Source: Sulfurospirillaceae bacterium
GTDB lineage: Bacteria; Campylobacterota; Campylobacteria; Campylobacterales; Sulfurospirillaceae
DNA: 64,000 nt
Reading direction: 5' to 3'
NCBI GenBank assembly: GCA_033723415.1
Contig: JAWVXD010000006.1
Coordinates: forward strand, 32,001-96,000
How positions within the stretch are numbered: position 1 is the stretch's first letter; every line of letters starts with the position of its first letter. Below the pieces are notes generated by a model. The model was not told the DNA's origin and searched no databases. It saw only the letters and a list, made by a program, of their open reading frames with translations. The translations under genes were made by a program, and so were the position numbers. Below are positions 1 through 9,728 of this stretch, in pieces.

Positions 1-2
1 CT

Positions 3-884
3 GGTGTTTGGGTTTTCTCGTTTATCTATATCATGATCGTCGCCTATGCTATGTATTATTGGTATTATTATGCTAACAGAAAAGGTTCAAGTAATAGCAC
101 GCTTATCGGCGGTATCTCTTTTCTGCTCTTTTTGTGTGCAGGCGTGCTAATGCATGTTTTTGCCGTAGAATCGATACAACCCGATCAGTGGATGCAATGG
201 TATGCACCCGGCGGTCATGTCGATACCTCGGGATTAAATTTTCATCTCGATCCTATAAGATTACTATTTATGCTCTCTTTATCTGCTCCTGTTTTGGGAA
301 TATTTTTACAAAATTACAGCAATTTTCTCAGCACAAGAGAGGATTTTTCTAAAGAGTATATTGATTTTACAAAAAACCTCGGTACGAAGATAGCCGTAGT
401 CGGTTTGTTGGTTAGTGCCGTTTTATTTGTATTGTGGATGCTTCAAATTGGATTGTTATTTTCACCTCTATCTCTCGCCATTATCGTCTCTGTACTGATA
501 CTTCTTTTCATGGTGGTCGCAGTAAAGAAAACTTATTTTACTACCGGATTTTTAGTCATAGTCGCTCTGTTGATCTCCGGTATGAGAGAGTTTATAAAAT
601 ATAATATCATGTACAAACATGGATACAATATTTATAATTATCCTATGAATATCGACTGGCCATCTGTTACTATGTTCTTGTTGACTTTTGTAGCACTAGG
701 TTTCACAGGAGTTGCTTTTATTACTACTATGGCTTGGAAAGTCGGAAAAACACAAGGTGTCTTTGATGCCAGCAAAAATGTAGCCGTTACACGACTAGCT
801 AACGCAACCTTGATTATCGTATCAGTTTGGTGTGTTGTTTATTTCGCTTGGGGAATGTTTACGCTCTTTAAAAATACTCTCTAA
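3..884 (+). CDS. Polytopic integral membrane protein, 5'-truncated by the window edge; function unknown
   Basis: The frame is open from position 3 (GVWVFSFIYIM...) to TAA at 882-884. There are about 7 hydrophobic segments in the visible part. Confidence 0.7.
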   Translation, partial: GVWVFSFIYIMIVAYAMYYWYYYANRKGSSNSTLIGGISFLLFLCAGVLMHVFAVESIQPDQWMQWYAPGGHVDTSGLNFHLDPIRLLFMLSLSAPVLGIFLQNYSNFLSTREDFSKEYIDFTKNLGTKIAVVGLLVSAVLFVLWMLQIGLLFSPLSLAIIVSVLILLFMVVAVKKTYFTTGFLVIVALLISGMREFIKYNIMYKHGYNIYNYPMNIDWPSVTMFLLTFVALGFTGVAFITTMAWKVGKTQGVFDASKNVAVTRLANATLIIVSVWCVVYFAWGMFTLFKNTL

Positions 885-894
885 TATCCCACAT

Positions 895-926
895 GTAAAG
901 GTCGCGATTAAAATCGCGACCTTTAC
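895..926 (+). terminator. Hairpin, probable intrinsic terminator
   Basis: Perfect 15-bp inverted repeat gtaaaggtcgcgatt / aatcgcgacctttac, 10 nt after the stop codon. Confidence 0.7.
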
Positions 927-1008
927 CAAAACACACTAATACATAAAGATAAACCAAAATAATCCAAAGTAGATGTATAATATACTAATCAAACAGAAAG
1001 GATTGGGC

Positions 1009-1572
1009 ATGAAATACTTCAAAGCATTAACGGCAATTGCCGTAGTAGTCATTTGTTTTTCAGGTTTTTGGTCAGGTAAAAGTAGTGATCAATTAAGGCA
1101 AGAACGCATCCAAACTAACAATGCGACATTGAAATATCTTTATAAATATGCTCCGAAATCAAGAAGTATGATAGCACATGCTTACGGCTATGCTACATTT
1201 ACAAATGTTGGCGTGAATCTCATATTACTATCTGCAGAAGGCGGTAAAGGCTTAGCTCACAACAACAGAACAGGTAAAAATATTTATATGAATATGGCAT
1301 CGGGAGGAGTCGGTTTCGGACTCGGTGTAAAAGATTTTAGAATTGTATTTATATTTGAGAATAAGAAAGTTTTTGATAATTTTGTAAATCACGGCTGGGA
1401 AGCCAATGCACAAGCTGATGCCGCAGCAAAATTAGGAAAAGACGGTGGGGCAGTAAATGCTGCAATCACTATAGAACCAGGACTAAAAATATATAAATTA
1501 ACAAAAAACGGCTTAGCCTTGCAAGCAACGATTCAAGGAACAAAATATTGGAAAGATAAAGATCTAAATTAA
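1009..1572 (+). CDS. Exported YSC84/SYLF (lipid-binding) domain protein
   Basis: AAAGGA SD before ATG 1009 and an N-terminal signal peptide. Motifs GGKG, GVGFGLGVKDFRIVFIF and GLALQATIQGTKYWKD are typical of bacterial YSC84-like proteins. Confidence 0.75.
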   Translation: MKYFKALTAIAVVVICFSGFWSGKSSDQLRQERIQTNNATLKYLYKYAPKSRSMIAHAYGYATFTNVGVNLILLSAEGGKGLAHNNRTGKNIYMNMASGGVGFGLGVKDFRIVFIFENKKVFDNFVNHGWEANAQADAAAKLGKDGGAVNAAITIEPGLKIYKLTKNGLALQATIQGTKYWKDKDLN

Positions 1573-1688
1573 AATATAGTATATATTCAGTTCACGCCAA
1601 ATAATCAAAGGCTCCTTGCATGTTGAAGCAAATCATTATTTAGTAATGTGTATAATCCCATATTATTCACAGATTGAGGAGAAGCACA

Positions 1689-3209
1689 GTGCATGACATA
1701 GAAAATATTAAACTTGAATTTTTGAAATTAGAAGATGCTTGTGAACTAAAAGAAACTATGTTGCTCGCATATGAAAATCTGCCTGATGCATACTGGCAGG
1801 AGAGTCAAATCAAATCTCTAATTGAAAAATTTCCAGAAGGTCAGGTCGTGATAAAGATAGATGGAGAAATAGCCGCATCTGCACTCTCTATTATCGTTGA
1901 TTATGATCAATTTGCCCATCATCACACATATAAAGAAATCACGGGAGACTATACTTTCAAGACACATACTGAAGAAGGTGATATATTATACGGCATTGAT
2001 ATATTTGTAAAGCCAAAATTTAGAGGACTCCGTTTGGGACGACGTTTATATGACTATAGGAAAGAATTATGTGAAAAGCTTAATCTAAAAGGTATAGCCT
2101 TTGGCGGAAGAATTCCAAATTATCACAAATATTCAGATGAAATATCACCAAAAGAGTACATAGAAAAAGTTAAAAGAAAAGAGATACATGACCCGGTTCT
2201 CAATTTTCAAATATCAAATGATTTCCATCCTTCAAAAATCTTAAAAGGTTATCTAAAAGGGGACAAAGAATCAGGAGAATTTGCTGTTTTACTTGAATGG
2301 GACAATATCTACTACGAAAGACCAAACAAAAAAGCTACAACAAAGAAAAAAGTCGTTCGCTTAGGCCTGATACAATGGCAAATGCGACCGTATAAAAATC
2401 TACAAGAACTGATGCAGCAAGTAGAGTATTTTGTAGACACCGTCTCAGGGTATCGCTGTGACTTTGCTCTTTTCCCAGAATTTTTCAATGCACCGTTGAT
2501 GGCTGAGAATAATCATCTCTCAGAACCTGATGCGATAAGAGAGTTGGCAAAATATACAGATGATATCGTGAAGAGATTTTCAGAACTCTCTATTTCCTAC
2601 AACATCAACATCATAACAGGTAGTATGCCTGAGATGAAAGACGGTAATCTTTATAATGTAGGGTATTTGTGTCGTAGAGATGGAAGCATTGAGAGATATG
2701 AAAAACTACATGTAACACCTGATGAAGTTAAAATTTGGGGAATGCAAGGCGGGAACAGCTTAAAAACATTTGACACGGATTGCGGAAAGATAGGTATACT
2801 TATCTGTTATGACTCCGAATTTCCAGAACTCAGTCGTCTTCTTGCCGATGATGGAATGGATATCTTATTTGTTCCTTTTTTAACAGACACTCAAAATGGA
2901 TACTCACGCATAAGACACTGCTCAAAAGCCAGAGCGATTGAAAACGAATGCTATGTGGCCCTTGCGGGAAGTGTTGGCAACTTACCGAATGTTCACAATA
3001 TGGATATACAATTTGCGCAATCAGCCGTCTTTACACCTTGTGATTTTGCATTTCCGACCAATGGCATAAAAGCTGAAGCAACCGCAAACAGCGAAATGGT
3101 CCTAATAGCCGATGTAGATATAGATCTATTAACAGAGTTGAATAATTTTGGAAGCGTTACTAACTTAAACGATAGAAGAAAAGATATATTTGAGCTTGTC
3201 AGAAAATAA
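1689..3209 (+). CDS. Bifunctional GNAT N-acetyltransferase / carbon-nitrogen hydrolase (nitrilase superfamily)
   Basis: GAGGAG SD before GTG 1689. GNAT motif A (VKPKFRGLRLGRRL). Nitrilase triad contexts FPE, YEKLH and ICYD. Confidence 0.9.
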   Translation: MHDIENIKLEFLKLEDACELKETMLLAYENLPDAYWQESQIKSLIEKFPEGQVVIKIDGEIAASALSIIVDYDQFAHHHTYKEITGDYTFKTHTEEGDILYGIDIFVKPKFRGLRLGRRLYDYRKELCEKLNLKGIAFGGRIPNYHKYSDEISPKEYIEKVKRKEIHDPVLNFQISNDFHPSKILKGYLKGDKESGEFAVLLEWDNIYYERPNKKATTKKKVVRLGLIQWQMRPYKNLQELMQQVEYFVDTVSGYRCDFALFPEFFNAPLMAENNHLSEPDAIRELAKYTDDIVKRFSELSISYNINIITGSMPEMKDGNLYNVGYLCRRDGSIERYEKLHVTPDEVKIWGMQGGNSLKTFDTDCGKIGILICYDSEFPELSRLLADDGMDILFVPFLTDTQNGYSRIRHCSKARAIENECYVALAGSVGNLPNVHNMDIQFAQSAVFTPCDFAFPTNGIKAEATANSEMVLIADVDIDLLTELNNFGSVTNLNDRRKDIFELVRK

Positions 3210-3235
3210 GGGCAATTTTTATTTTGCCCTTATTT
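3204..3235. terminator. Bidirectional terminator between convergent genes
   Basis: 12-bp inverted repeat aaataagggcaa / ttgcccttattt. Confidence 0.7.
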
Positions 3236-3245
3236 ATATGTGTTG

Positions 3246-4259
3246 TTAATTTGATAAGTCTATCGTAACACCCTCTTTTAAAAGCTTATTCTTTCTCATG
3301 TGAGAATACTCACTGTAAGTCTTATACTTTTTATAATACTCCCCGCTCACGTACCTGAGTCTCTCTTTGAGATGAAAACTATATAAAAGCGCATCGATCT
3401 TCAGTTGAAGCTTCTTTTCATTGTAAAGTAAGATGGTCGGTCGATAAGTCAGGTTCATTTTCAATGCCAACTGTTTTGGCGTTGTTTTGTGTCCGTTCAC
3501 ATCAATGATCGGTTTATCTGAAGAGGTATCGAGTCGCACGATCGTGTATTTTTTTAACTCTTTTGCCACATCTTTGTTTTTAAAAGTAACATTGTGAAGA
3601 TACTCACACTGCGTACAACTTCCATCTTCAAGTATCACTGCCAACGGAGTCGATATTTTAGATAGATCTGTGATATTTGAAAAAAGTTTATTGGGTTTTA
3701 ATTTATAAAGATTTTTATTTTTGACCTTTTCCAAAAATGCGTCAAGTTCCATCTTTTTGTAATATTTCCCGTTCACATACTTCAAGACATCCAAAAAATT
3801 CTCAGGAGAGCGATAACCATCGACTCTTGCCACTATATTTTTATCACCGTCCAAAAATAAAATAGTCGGCGTAAAATACACCTTCATCTTTTTTGCGAAC
3901 TCTTTTTCGCTCATCACCGTATTATCATCCCAAGTCACTTCTCGATCTCCGGTGATTCGGATTTGGACTACATCAAAATGCGCTTTGATAAAATCACTGG
4001 TTCTATTTTTAGGGAAAAAACTATCATGCAACATTTTGGCACAATAAGGACAACCGTCTAAATCCAAAAAGAGCATCAAATGCTTGTTTTTTTGTGCAGC
4101 TTCTTGTGCATCTGCTGTCATGTCCAAAAAACTAAGTTTAAACCAACTTGGCATACTATGTTGTGCGCCACCTACTATCTTGCCTGGTGCTGTTGCAGCG
4201 TTTAAAAATGTAATCGAAAGAAATATAGCTCCAAGTAACACTAAAATCTTTTTCATCAT
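3246..4259 (-). CDS. Periplasmic tandem thioredoxin-fold protein, SoxW family
   Basis: Signal peptide. PSWFKLSFLDM N-terminus, CPYC and CTQC motifs, and cis-Pro-type motifs FTPT and YRPT in two domains. Confidence 0.8.
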   Translation of the reverse strand: MMKKILVLLGAIFLSITFLNAATAPGKIVGGAQHSMPSWFKLSFLDMTADAQEAAQKNKHLMLFLDLDGCPYCAKMLHDSFFPKNRTSDFIKAHFDVVQIRITGDREVTWDDNTVMSEKEFAKKMKVYFTPTILFLDGDKNIVARVDGYRSPENFLDVLKYVNGKYYKKMELDAFLEKVKNKNLYKLKPNKLFSNITDLSKISTPLAVILEDGSCTQCEYLHNVTFKNKDVAKELKKYTIVRLDTSSDKPIIDVNGHKTTPKQLALKMNLTYRPTILLYNEKKLQLKIDALLYSFHLKERLRYVSGEYYKKYKTYSEYSHMRKNKLLKEGVTIDLSN

Positions 4260-4286
4260 ATGATATCCTTTAAATCGTGATTTAAT

Positions 4287-4315
4287 ACTTTAACAACAAT
4301 ATGTTAATGTGTCAA
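4287..4315 (-). promoter_or_regulatory. Sigma70-type promoter of the SoxW-family gene
   Basis: Minus strand reads TTGACA (4315-4310), 17 nt, then TAAAGT (4292-4287), with TGn directly before the -10. Confidence 0.6.
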
Positions 4316-4350
4316 TAGGAATAGCCTGATATAGGCTTAAATGAGGTATC

Positions 4351-4384
4351 AGTATGAGTCAAAAAGAATCATTTGACTCATACT
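4351..4384 (-). terminator. Hairpin ending the gcv-lipA-lpdA-decarboxylase unit
   Basis: 13-bp inverted repeat agtatgagtcaaa / tttgactcatact, 6 nt after the decarboxylase stop. Confidence 0.65.
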
Positions 4385-4390
4385 TTGCAG

Positions 4391-6052
4391 TTACTTTCTA
4401 TTTGCTTCTTCTAGTTTGTCTGAGATTTGTTTCAACATCGGCGGATAATCAAGTTTATCAAAAAACAATTCGACCATTTTGGCGCCCTCTTTTTTAATTT
4501 CAGGTAACTTATCAAAAAATTCTTTGAATGTTTTCGCACTAACGGTCTTTTCAAGTCCTAATGATTTTGCAAAAGCCGTATAGTTCCATACTGCGATATC
4601 ATTGTAGGATTGATTTGGCCCGTGTATGGCGCGCTCTATCGTGTAGCCGTCATTATTGATCAAAAATATCGTCACATCAAGATCGTATCTTTTTATCAAA
4701 CTTATCTCTTGAGCCGTCAGTTGAAATGACCCGTCTCCTATGAATAAAAGAACTCTTCTATGCGGTGATGCGATGGCTGATCCTATAGCTGCTGGAAGCG
4801 TATACCCTATAGAAGCCCACAATATCTGAGATACGAAATCTATACCGGCAGGTAAGTTCTCCTGTACCAAGCCAAACAGTGAAGAACCCGCTTCTGCAAC
4901 TACGATATCACCTTCTTTGATGATATGATTGCTGATAAGCGGCCAAAATTCTTTGTGATTTAGTTTTTTGTCCGTTGAATCACTAATTTGCATAATAGGT
5001 TCAGATTTCAAAAGATCTTCCGTTATCCAAGACTCTTTTTTTGGAGTGAGCTTTGATATGAGATAGTTCAAGAGCATATTCACACTTACTCCTGCATATA
5101 TCTTCTTGCCTATTTTGATCGTATTTGGTCTTATGGTTATGACATTTGCCAGATCGATGCCGTCTTCACTAAAACCGCCTGTATTGAGATCAGTATCAAC
5201 CGTACCCACAGATATGATACAATCAGACTCTTGCATGATCTTTTCGATCCCTACGGTACTGTAATCTCCGGCATAGATACCGATGTAGTTTGGTTTTGCT
5301 ACATTTGTCTCATTTATAATAGATTTGCCCATTAGAGTCGTTGTGAATTTTGACTGAGTTTTCTCCATCAATTGAGTGATCTGCTCTCTCCAACCAAATC
5401 TAGCGATATTTACACCGAGTAAAAACATAGGTTTTTTTGCTTTGTTAAATCGCTCTACTATGATGTCCCCCAACTCTTCGACCATGAAATTATCATGATT
5501 CTTATAATTAAACGAGATATCATCAAGTGTTTCAGTAATATCCATATCTACAAGATTTGTAGGTACTCCAAGATAACAAGGCTTTTTGGTTACTAACATA
5601 TTGAGTACGACTCTTTGGATTTCAGTGAGATAATTTTCAGCCGTCAGAATCGTAGAAGCACCTGTTATAGAATTAAAAGACTCTAAAAAGCTGTTTTTCT
5701 TATAGTTTGCCAAAGTATGATGCACCGGAATATCATGATCTAAAATCACGCTGTTTGGATAACCTACTATATGTAAAATCGGTATATTATGAGCATAACT
5801 ACCCGCGATTCCGTTCGCTGCGCTGAGCTCACCCACCCCGTGAGTCGTAACCAAAACACCGATACCGTTTTCTCTTGCATATCCGTCAGCTGCATAAGAA
5901 GCATTTAGTTCATTGCAATTGCCAATCCATTTTACATCATCTTTATCAACGATATAATCTAAAAACCTCAAATTATAATCTCCAGGGACACCAAAGATAT
6001 GCTTTACGCCTAATTGTTTCACTACATCGACGATCAGATCACCTAATGTCAT
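4391..6052 (-). CDS. ThDP-dependent 2-oxoacid decarboxylase (pyruvate/indolepyruvate/branched-chain keto-acid decarboxylase family)
   Basis: FGVPGDYNL, CNELNASYAADGYAR, VHHTL, GDGSFQLT...INNDGYTIERAIHG. AAGGAG SD in the 16-nt gap after lpdA. Confidence 0.92.
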   Translation of the reverse strand: MTLGDLIVDVVKQLGVKHIFGVPGDYNLRFLDYIVDKDDVKWIGNCNELNASYAADGYARENGIGVLVTTHGVGELSAANGIAGSYAHNIPILHIVGYPNSVILDHDIPVHHTLANYKKNSFLESFNSITGASTILTAENYLTEIQRVVLNMLVTKKPCYLGVPTNLVDMDITETLDDISFNYKNHDNFMVEELGDIIVERFNKAKKPMFLLGVNIARFGWREQITQLMEKTQSKFTTTLMGKSIINETNVAKPNYIGIYAGDYSTVGIEKIMQESDCIISVGTVDTDLNTGGFSEDGIDLANVITIRPNTIKIGKKIYAGVSVNMLLNYLISKLTPKKESWITEDLLKSEPIMQISDSTDKKLNHKEFWPLISNHIIKEGDIVVAEAGSSLFGLVQENLPAGIDFVSQILWASIGYTLPAAIGSAIASPHRRVLLFIGDGSFQLTAQEISLIKRYDLDVTIFLINNDGYTIERAIHGPNQSYNDIAVWNYTAFAKSLGLEKTVSAKTFKEFFDKLPEIKKEGAKMVELFFDKLDYPPMLKQISDKLEEANRK

Positions 6053-6068
6053 ATTATTTCTCCTTAAT

Positions 6069-7418
6069 TTATTGCAACATCGCCCATAAAGATTCAGACA
6101 GAGTCGGATGAGCGAACACCATATCTCTCAAATCTTTTTTGGTTAATTTTTTATTTACGGCTATGAGTATCTCGTGTATCAATTCAGTCGTGTCGTTACC
6201 GATCATTGCTCCACCTAGTATCACTCCGCTTTCTTTTTCACAAAACAATTTAATAAATCCGCCATCATAGCCTTTTATCTTGGCCTTTGCACTTGATTTA
6301 AAAAACGATTTTATAACTTCATATTCTATATTTTTAGCTTTCAACTCTTTCTCATGTAATCCGACACTTGCCACTTGAGGCTGACAAAAAGTCACAAATG
6401 GGATCACAGGTGAAGGTTGAATTTGTGTTTTACCCAATATATTGTTAGCTACTACTTTTGCTTCATCATATGCTACATGTGCTAACGCCGGAGTCGGGAT
6501 CACATCACCAAGAGCATAAACATTTGGATTGGTGGTTCTAAGATTTTCATCAACCGTTACAAAACCTCGCTCACTATCCACTTTTGCATTTTCCAATTTT
6601 AAATTTTGCGTATTTGGGATTCTCCCGATAGAAACCAGTACCAGTTCCGCTTCATCGCTCGCTTCGCCTTTTGAGGTTTGCAAACCCAATATCACTCTAT
6701 TTTCTTTTTTCTCAAAGGACGTTACATTTGTATCCAGCGATACTTTGATACCTTTGCGTTCTAACTCGCGCTTGAGAGTGGATGAGACATCACCGTCTTC
6801 GGCAGGAACAAGATTTGGAGTGAACTCTACGATATGGACTTTTGTCCCCAGTGAATTAAAAAAAGTCGCAAATTCACAACCGATTGCGCCACCGCCTACA
6901 ACAATGATAGAACTTGGAATTTTTTCTAATTCAAATACTTCATCACTCGATATGATCTGTTTTTTATCGACGCTTAAAAGCGGGTGAGGTCTGTGAGTAG
7001 AACCTGCTGCAATGATGAATTTATCTGCTTTTATACTCTCACCGTTTACAAGAATAGAATTTTCACTCTCAAAAACCGCTTCCCCGAAAATCATGTCTAT
7101 TCCGGATTTTTTTATATTTGTTTCAGCAGAGTTTCTAAGTTGATCTAGTAAGGTTTCTTTTTTTGAATTTAGTACAGACATATCAAAAGATGCTTTTTCT
7201 ACTTTTAATCCACAACTCTCCAAATACGCTTTTTTACCAAGATAGCTCACACTCTCAAGATAGAGTTTTGCAGGGATACAACCCTCGTTTAGACAGGTCC
7301 CGCCTATGTGATTTTCAAACTTTTCGATCAGACAGACTTTTTTACCTTCTTTTGCCAACGCTATAGAAGAGTTTTTACCCGCAGGCCCAGCGCCTATGAC
7401 AATAACATCATAAATCAT
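6069..7418 (-). CDS. lpdA: Dihydrolipoyl dehydrogenase (glycine cleavage L protein)
   Basis: GAGPAG, GGTCLNEGCIP redox disulfide, GGGAIG, HPTLSE. Confidence 0.95.
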   Translation of the reverse strand: MIYDVIVIGAGPAGKNSSIALAKEGKKVCLIEKFENHIGGTCLNEGCIPAKLYLESVSYLGKKAYLESCGLKVEKASFDMSVLNSKKETLLDQLRNSAETNIKKSGIDMIFGEAVFESENSILVNGESIKADKFIIAAGSTHRPHPLLSVDKKQIISSDEVFELEKIPSSIIVVGGGAIGCEFATFFNSLGTKVHIVEFTPNLVPAEDGDVSSTLKRELERKGIKVSLDTNVTSFEKKENRVILGLQTSKGEASDEAELVLVSIGRIPNTQNLKLENAKVDSERGFVTVDENLRTTNPNVYALGDVIPTPALAHVAYDEAKVVANNILGKTQIQPSPVIPFVTFCQPQVASVGLHEKELKAKNIEYEVIKSFFKSSAKAKIKGYDGGFIKLFCEKESGVILGGAMIGNDTTELIHEILIAVNKKLTKKDLRDMVFAHPTLSESLWAMLQ

Positions 7419-8275
7419 TCATTCCCTTTTTCAAAATACTCGTGTGCCATGTAAGAACTTCTGGTGTAAGGTGAACTTTTAACAAATTCAAAACCCATGT
7501 CTCTGGCCATAATCCCGTATTCTTCAAATTTTTCAGGTTTTATAAACTCGGCAACACTAACGTGTTCACGTGTAGGAGCCAGATACTGTCCCATAGTCAA
7601 TAAAGTACACTCTACGCTCAAAAGATCACTCCATACTGATTTGAGTTCTTCTTCTCTCTCACCAAGACCCAACATAAGAGCACTCTTGGTTTTGATATTC
7701 GGATTGAGCGTTTTTAATGTTTTTAATACTTCAAGTGAACGCTTATAATTTGCACCAAGCCTCACTTCATAAAGCCTTGGAACCGTCTCCATATTGTGCC
7801 CTATGATCTCTGCGCCGCAAGTTGCCACGGTTCTTAGAGCTTCAAGATTATTTTTAAAATCCGGTATCAACAGTTCAACGGTTATATTATTATCCATATT
7901 TTTGATAGCTCGAACGCACTGGGCAAACTGCTCTGCCCCACCGTCTTTTAGATCATCTCGGGTTACACTCGTAATAACGACATGACGTAAACCCAGTGCG
8001 ATAACGGCATCTGCAACTTTTTGCGGTTCTGCCATATCTAATCCTACGGGTTTGCCTTTGTTTACATTGCAAAAAGTGCATTTCCTTGTACACGTGTTAC
8101 CCAAAATCATAAAGGTTGCATTTTTTTTGGCAAAACACTCCGATATATTTGGACACATCGCTTCTTGGCACACGGTATGTATACCGATGTCTTTTAATTT
8201 TTGCTCTACGTCTTTTTTCTGCGAAAAAAAGATCTTTTTGTGCAACCAATCTGGTTTTCGGATTTGTTGTGTCAT
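7415..8275 (-). CDS. lipA: Lipoyl synthase (radical SAM)
   Basis: CQEAMCPNISEC (CX4CX5C), CTRKCTFC (CX3CX2C), C-terminal RSSY. Confidence 0.96.
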   Translation of the reverse strand: MTQQIRKPDWLHKKIFFSQKKDVEQKLKDIGIHTVCQEAMCPNISECFAKKNATFMILGNTCTRKCTFCNVNKGKPVGLDMAEPQKVADAVIALGLRHVVITSVTRDDLKDGGAEQFAQCVRAIKNMDNNITVELLIPDFKNNLEALRTVATCGAEIIGHNMETVPRLYEVRLGANYKRSLEVLKTLKTLNPNIKTKSALMLGLGEREEELKSVWSDLLSVECTLLTMGQYLAPTREHVSVAEFIKPEKFEEYGIMARDMGFEFVKSSPYTRSSYMAHEYFEKGNE

Positions 8276-8276
8276 A

Positions 8277-9728
8277 TTAATGTTGCCATCTTATGTTCAA
8301 GCTTCTTGCAGCTTTGGTCTCATCTGCTCTACAGATAGGAAGTGTTTTTGGGTACTCACTAAAAGCTTCCGGATTACTTTTGGCTAACTCGATCGCATCG
8401 ATGACTTTCTCACAAAAATAATCTATAGTGTCGATGTTCTCTGTTTCTGTAGGCTCTATCATGATCGCTTCTTTTACTATCAAAGGAAAGTAAATCGTCG
8501 GTGCGTGAAGTCCGAAATCCAATAGATATTTTGCTATATCAAGTGCTCTTACATGATGCTCTTTTGCCAAAGTGGCTGCACTTAGTACACATTCGTGCAT
8601 ACAAAATGTATCAAACGGAGCATCTAGATAATTTTTTAATTTTGATAGTATATAGTTGGCATTGAGTACGGCTTTTTTACTGACATTGATCATGCCCTCT
8701 TTTCCTAGAGTCTGCATATACACCAAAGCCCTGAGCTCTATCATATAATTGCCGAAAAATGGAGATACTTTACCGATGCTTGATTCACTTTGAGGCAAAA
8801 GAAAGTAACCTTTTTCTTTTTCAAAACCAACTCTAAGATCAGGTAAAAACTCTATCAATCCCTTTTTTACACCAACCGGTCCGGCACCGGGACCACCGCC
8901 GCCGTGAGGAGTTGCAAATGTTTTATGCAGATTTAAATGCACCACGTCAAAACCGAGATCTCCCGGTCTTATGACTCCAAGTATAGCATTTAGATTTGCT
9001 CCATCATAGTACATCAGGGCATCATAGCTATGCGCAATATCGCATATCTCTTTTATCTGAGGATTAAAAAGCCCTAGCGTGTTTGGTACCGTCATCATGA
9101 CAGCAGCTACCTCATCACTCATAACGCTTTTGAAAGCTTCTAAATCCATATCTCCGTTTGCTCCTGATTTAACCGTGATCACTTCATAGTCAACCATAGC
9201 TGCACTCGCAGGATTGGTTCCGTGTGAAGAATCCGGTACGATCACATACTTTTTCTTATTGCCTTTTTTCTTGTGATATGCACCGATTATCATGATCCCG
9301 GTCATCTCTCCATGAGCTCCGGCTTCAGGCGTCAGCGTGAAAGTATCCATGCCTGTTATCTCATTTAACTCATCTTCTAATATCTTTAGCGTCTCTAGTG
9401 AGCCTTGCATATAAGCCGTATCGTTATTTGTGATATGATGAGGATGCAACGCGCTAAAACCTTCAAGTCCCGCCACTCGCTCTTGAATTTTCGGATTATA
9501 TTTCATCGTACAACTACCAAGCGGATAGAAGTTTGAATCTATAGAAAAGTTTCGTTTTGAAAGGTTAGTAAAGTGTCTAACCACGTCAAATTCACTAAGC
9601 TCAGGTAAGCCGATCTCTGTTTTTCTCGTGAGGGAATCGTTCAATTTTGCAGCATTGTCGATCTCGGATTTTGGCAGTTTTACGCCGACTCTTCCTACAT
9701 GTGATTTTTCAAACAAAGTAGCACTCAT
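8277..9728 (-). CDS. gcvPB: Glycine dehydrogenase (decarboxylating) subunit 2
   Basis: FYPLGSCTMKYNP, HGTNPASA, PLP-lysine motif HLNLHKTFATPHGGGGPGAGP. Confidence 0.96.
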   Translation of the reverse strand: MSATLFEKSHVGRVGVKLPKSEIDNAAKLNDSLTRKTEIGLPELSEFDVVRHFTNLSKRNFSIDSNFYPLGSCTMKYNPKIQERVAGLEGFSALHPHHITNNDTAYMQGSLETLKILEDELNEITGMDTFTLTPEAGAHGEMTGIMIIGAYHKKKGNKKKYVIVPDSSHGTNPASAAMVDYEVITVKSGANGDMDLEAFKSVMSDEVAAVMMTVPNTLGLFNPQIKEICDIAHSYDALMYYDGANLNAILGVIRPGDLGFDVVHLNLHKTFATPHGGGGPGAGPVGVKKGLIEFLPDLRVGFEKEKGYFLLPQSESSIGKVSPFFGNYMIELRALVYMQTLGKEGMINVSKKAVLNANYILSKLKNYLDAPFDTFCMHECVLSAATLAKEHHVRALDIAKYLLDFGLHAPTIYFPLIVKEAIMIEPTETENIDTIDYFCEKVIDAIELAKSNPEAFSEYPKTLPICRADETKAARSLNIRWQH

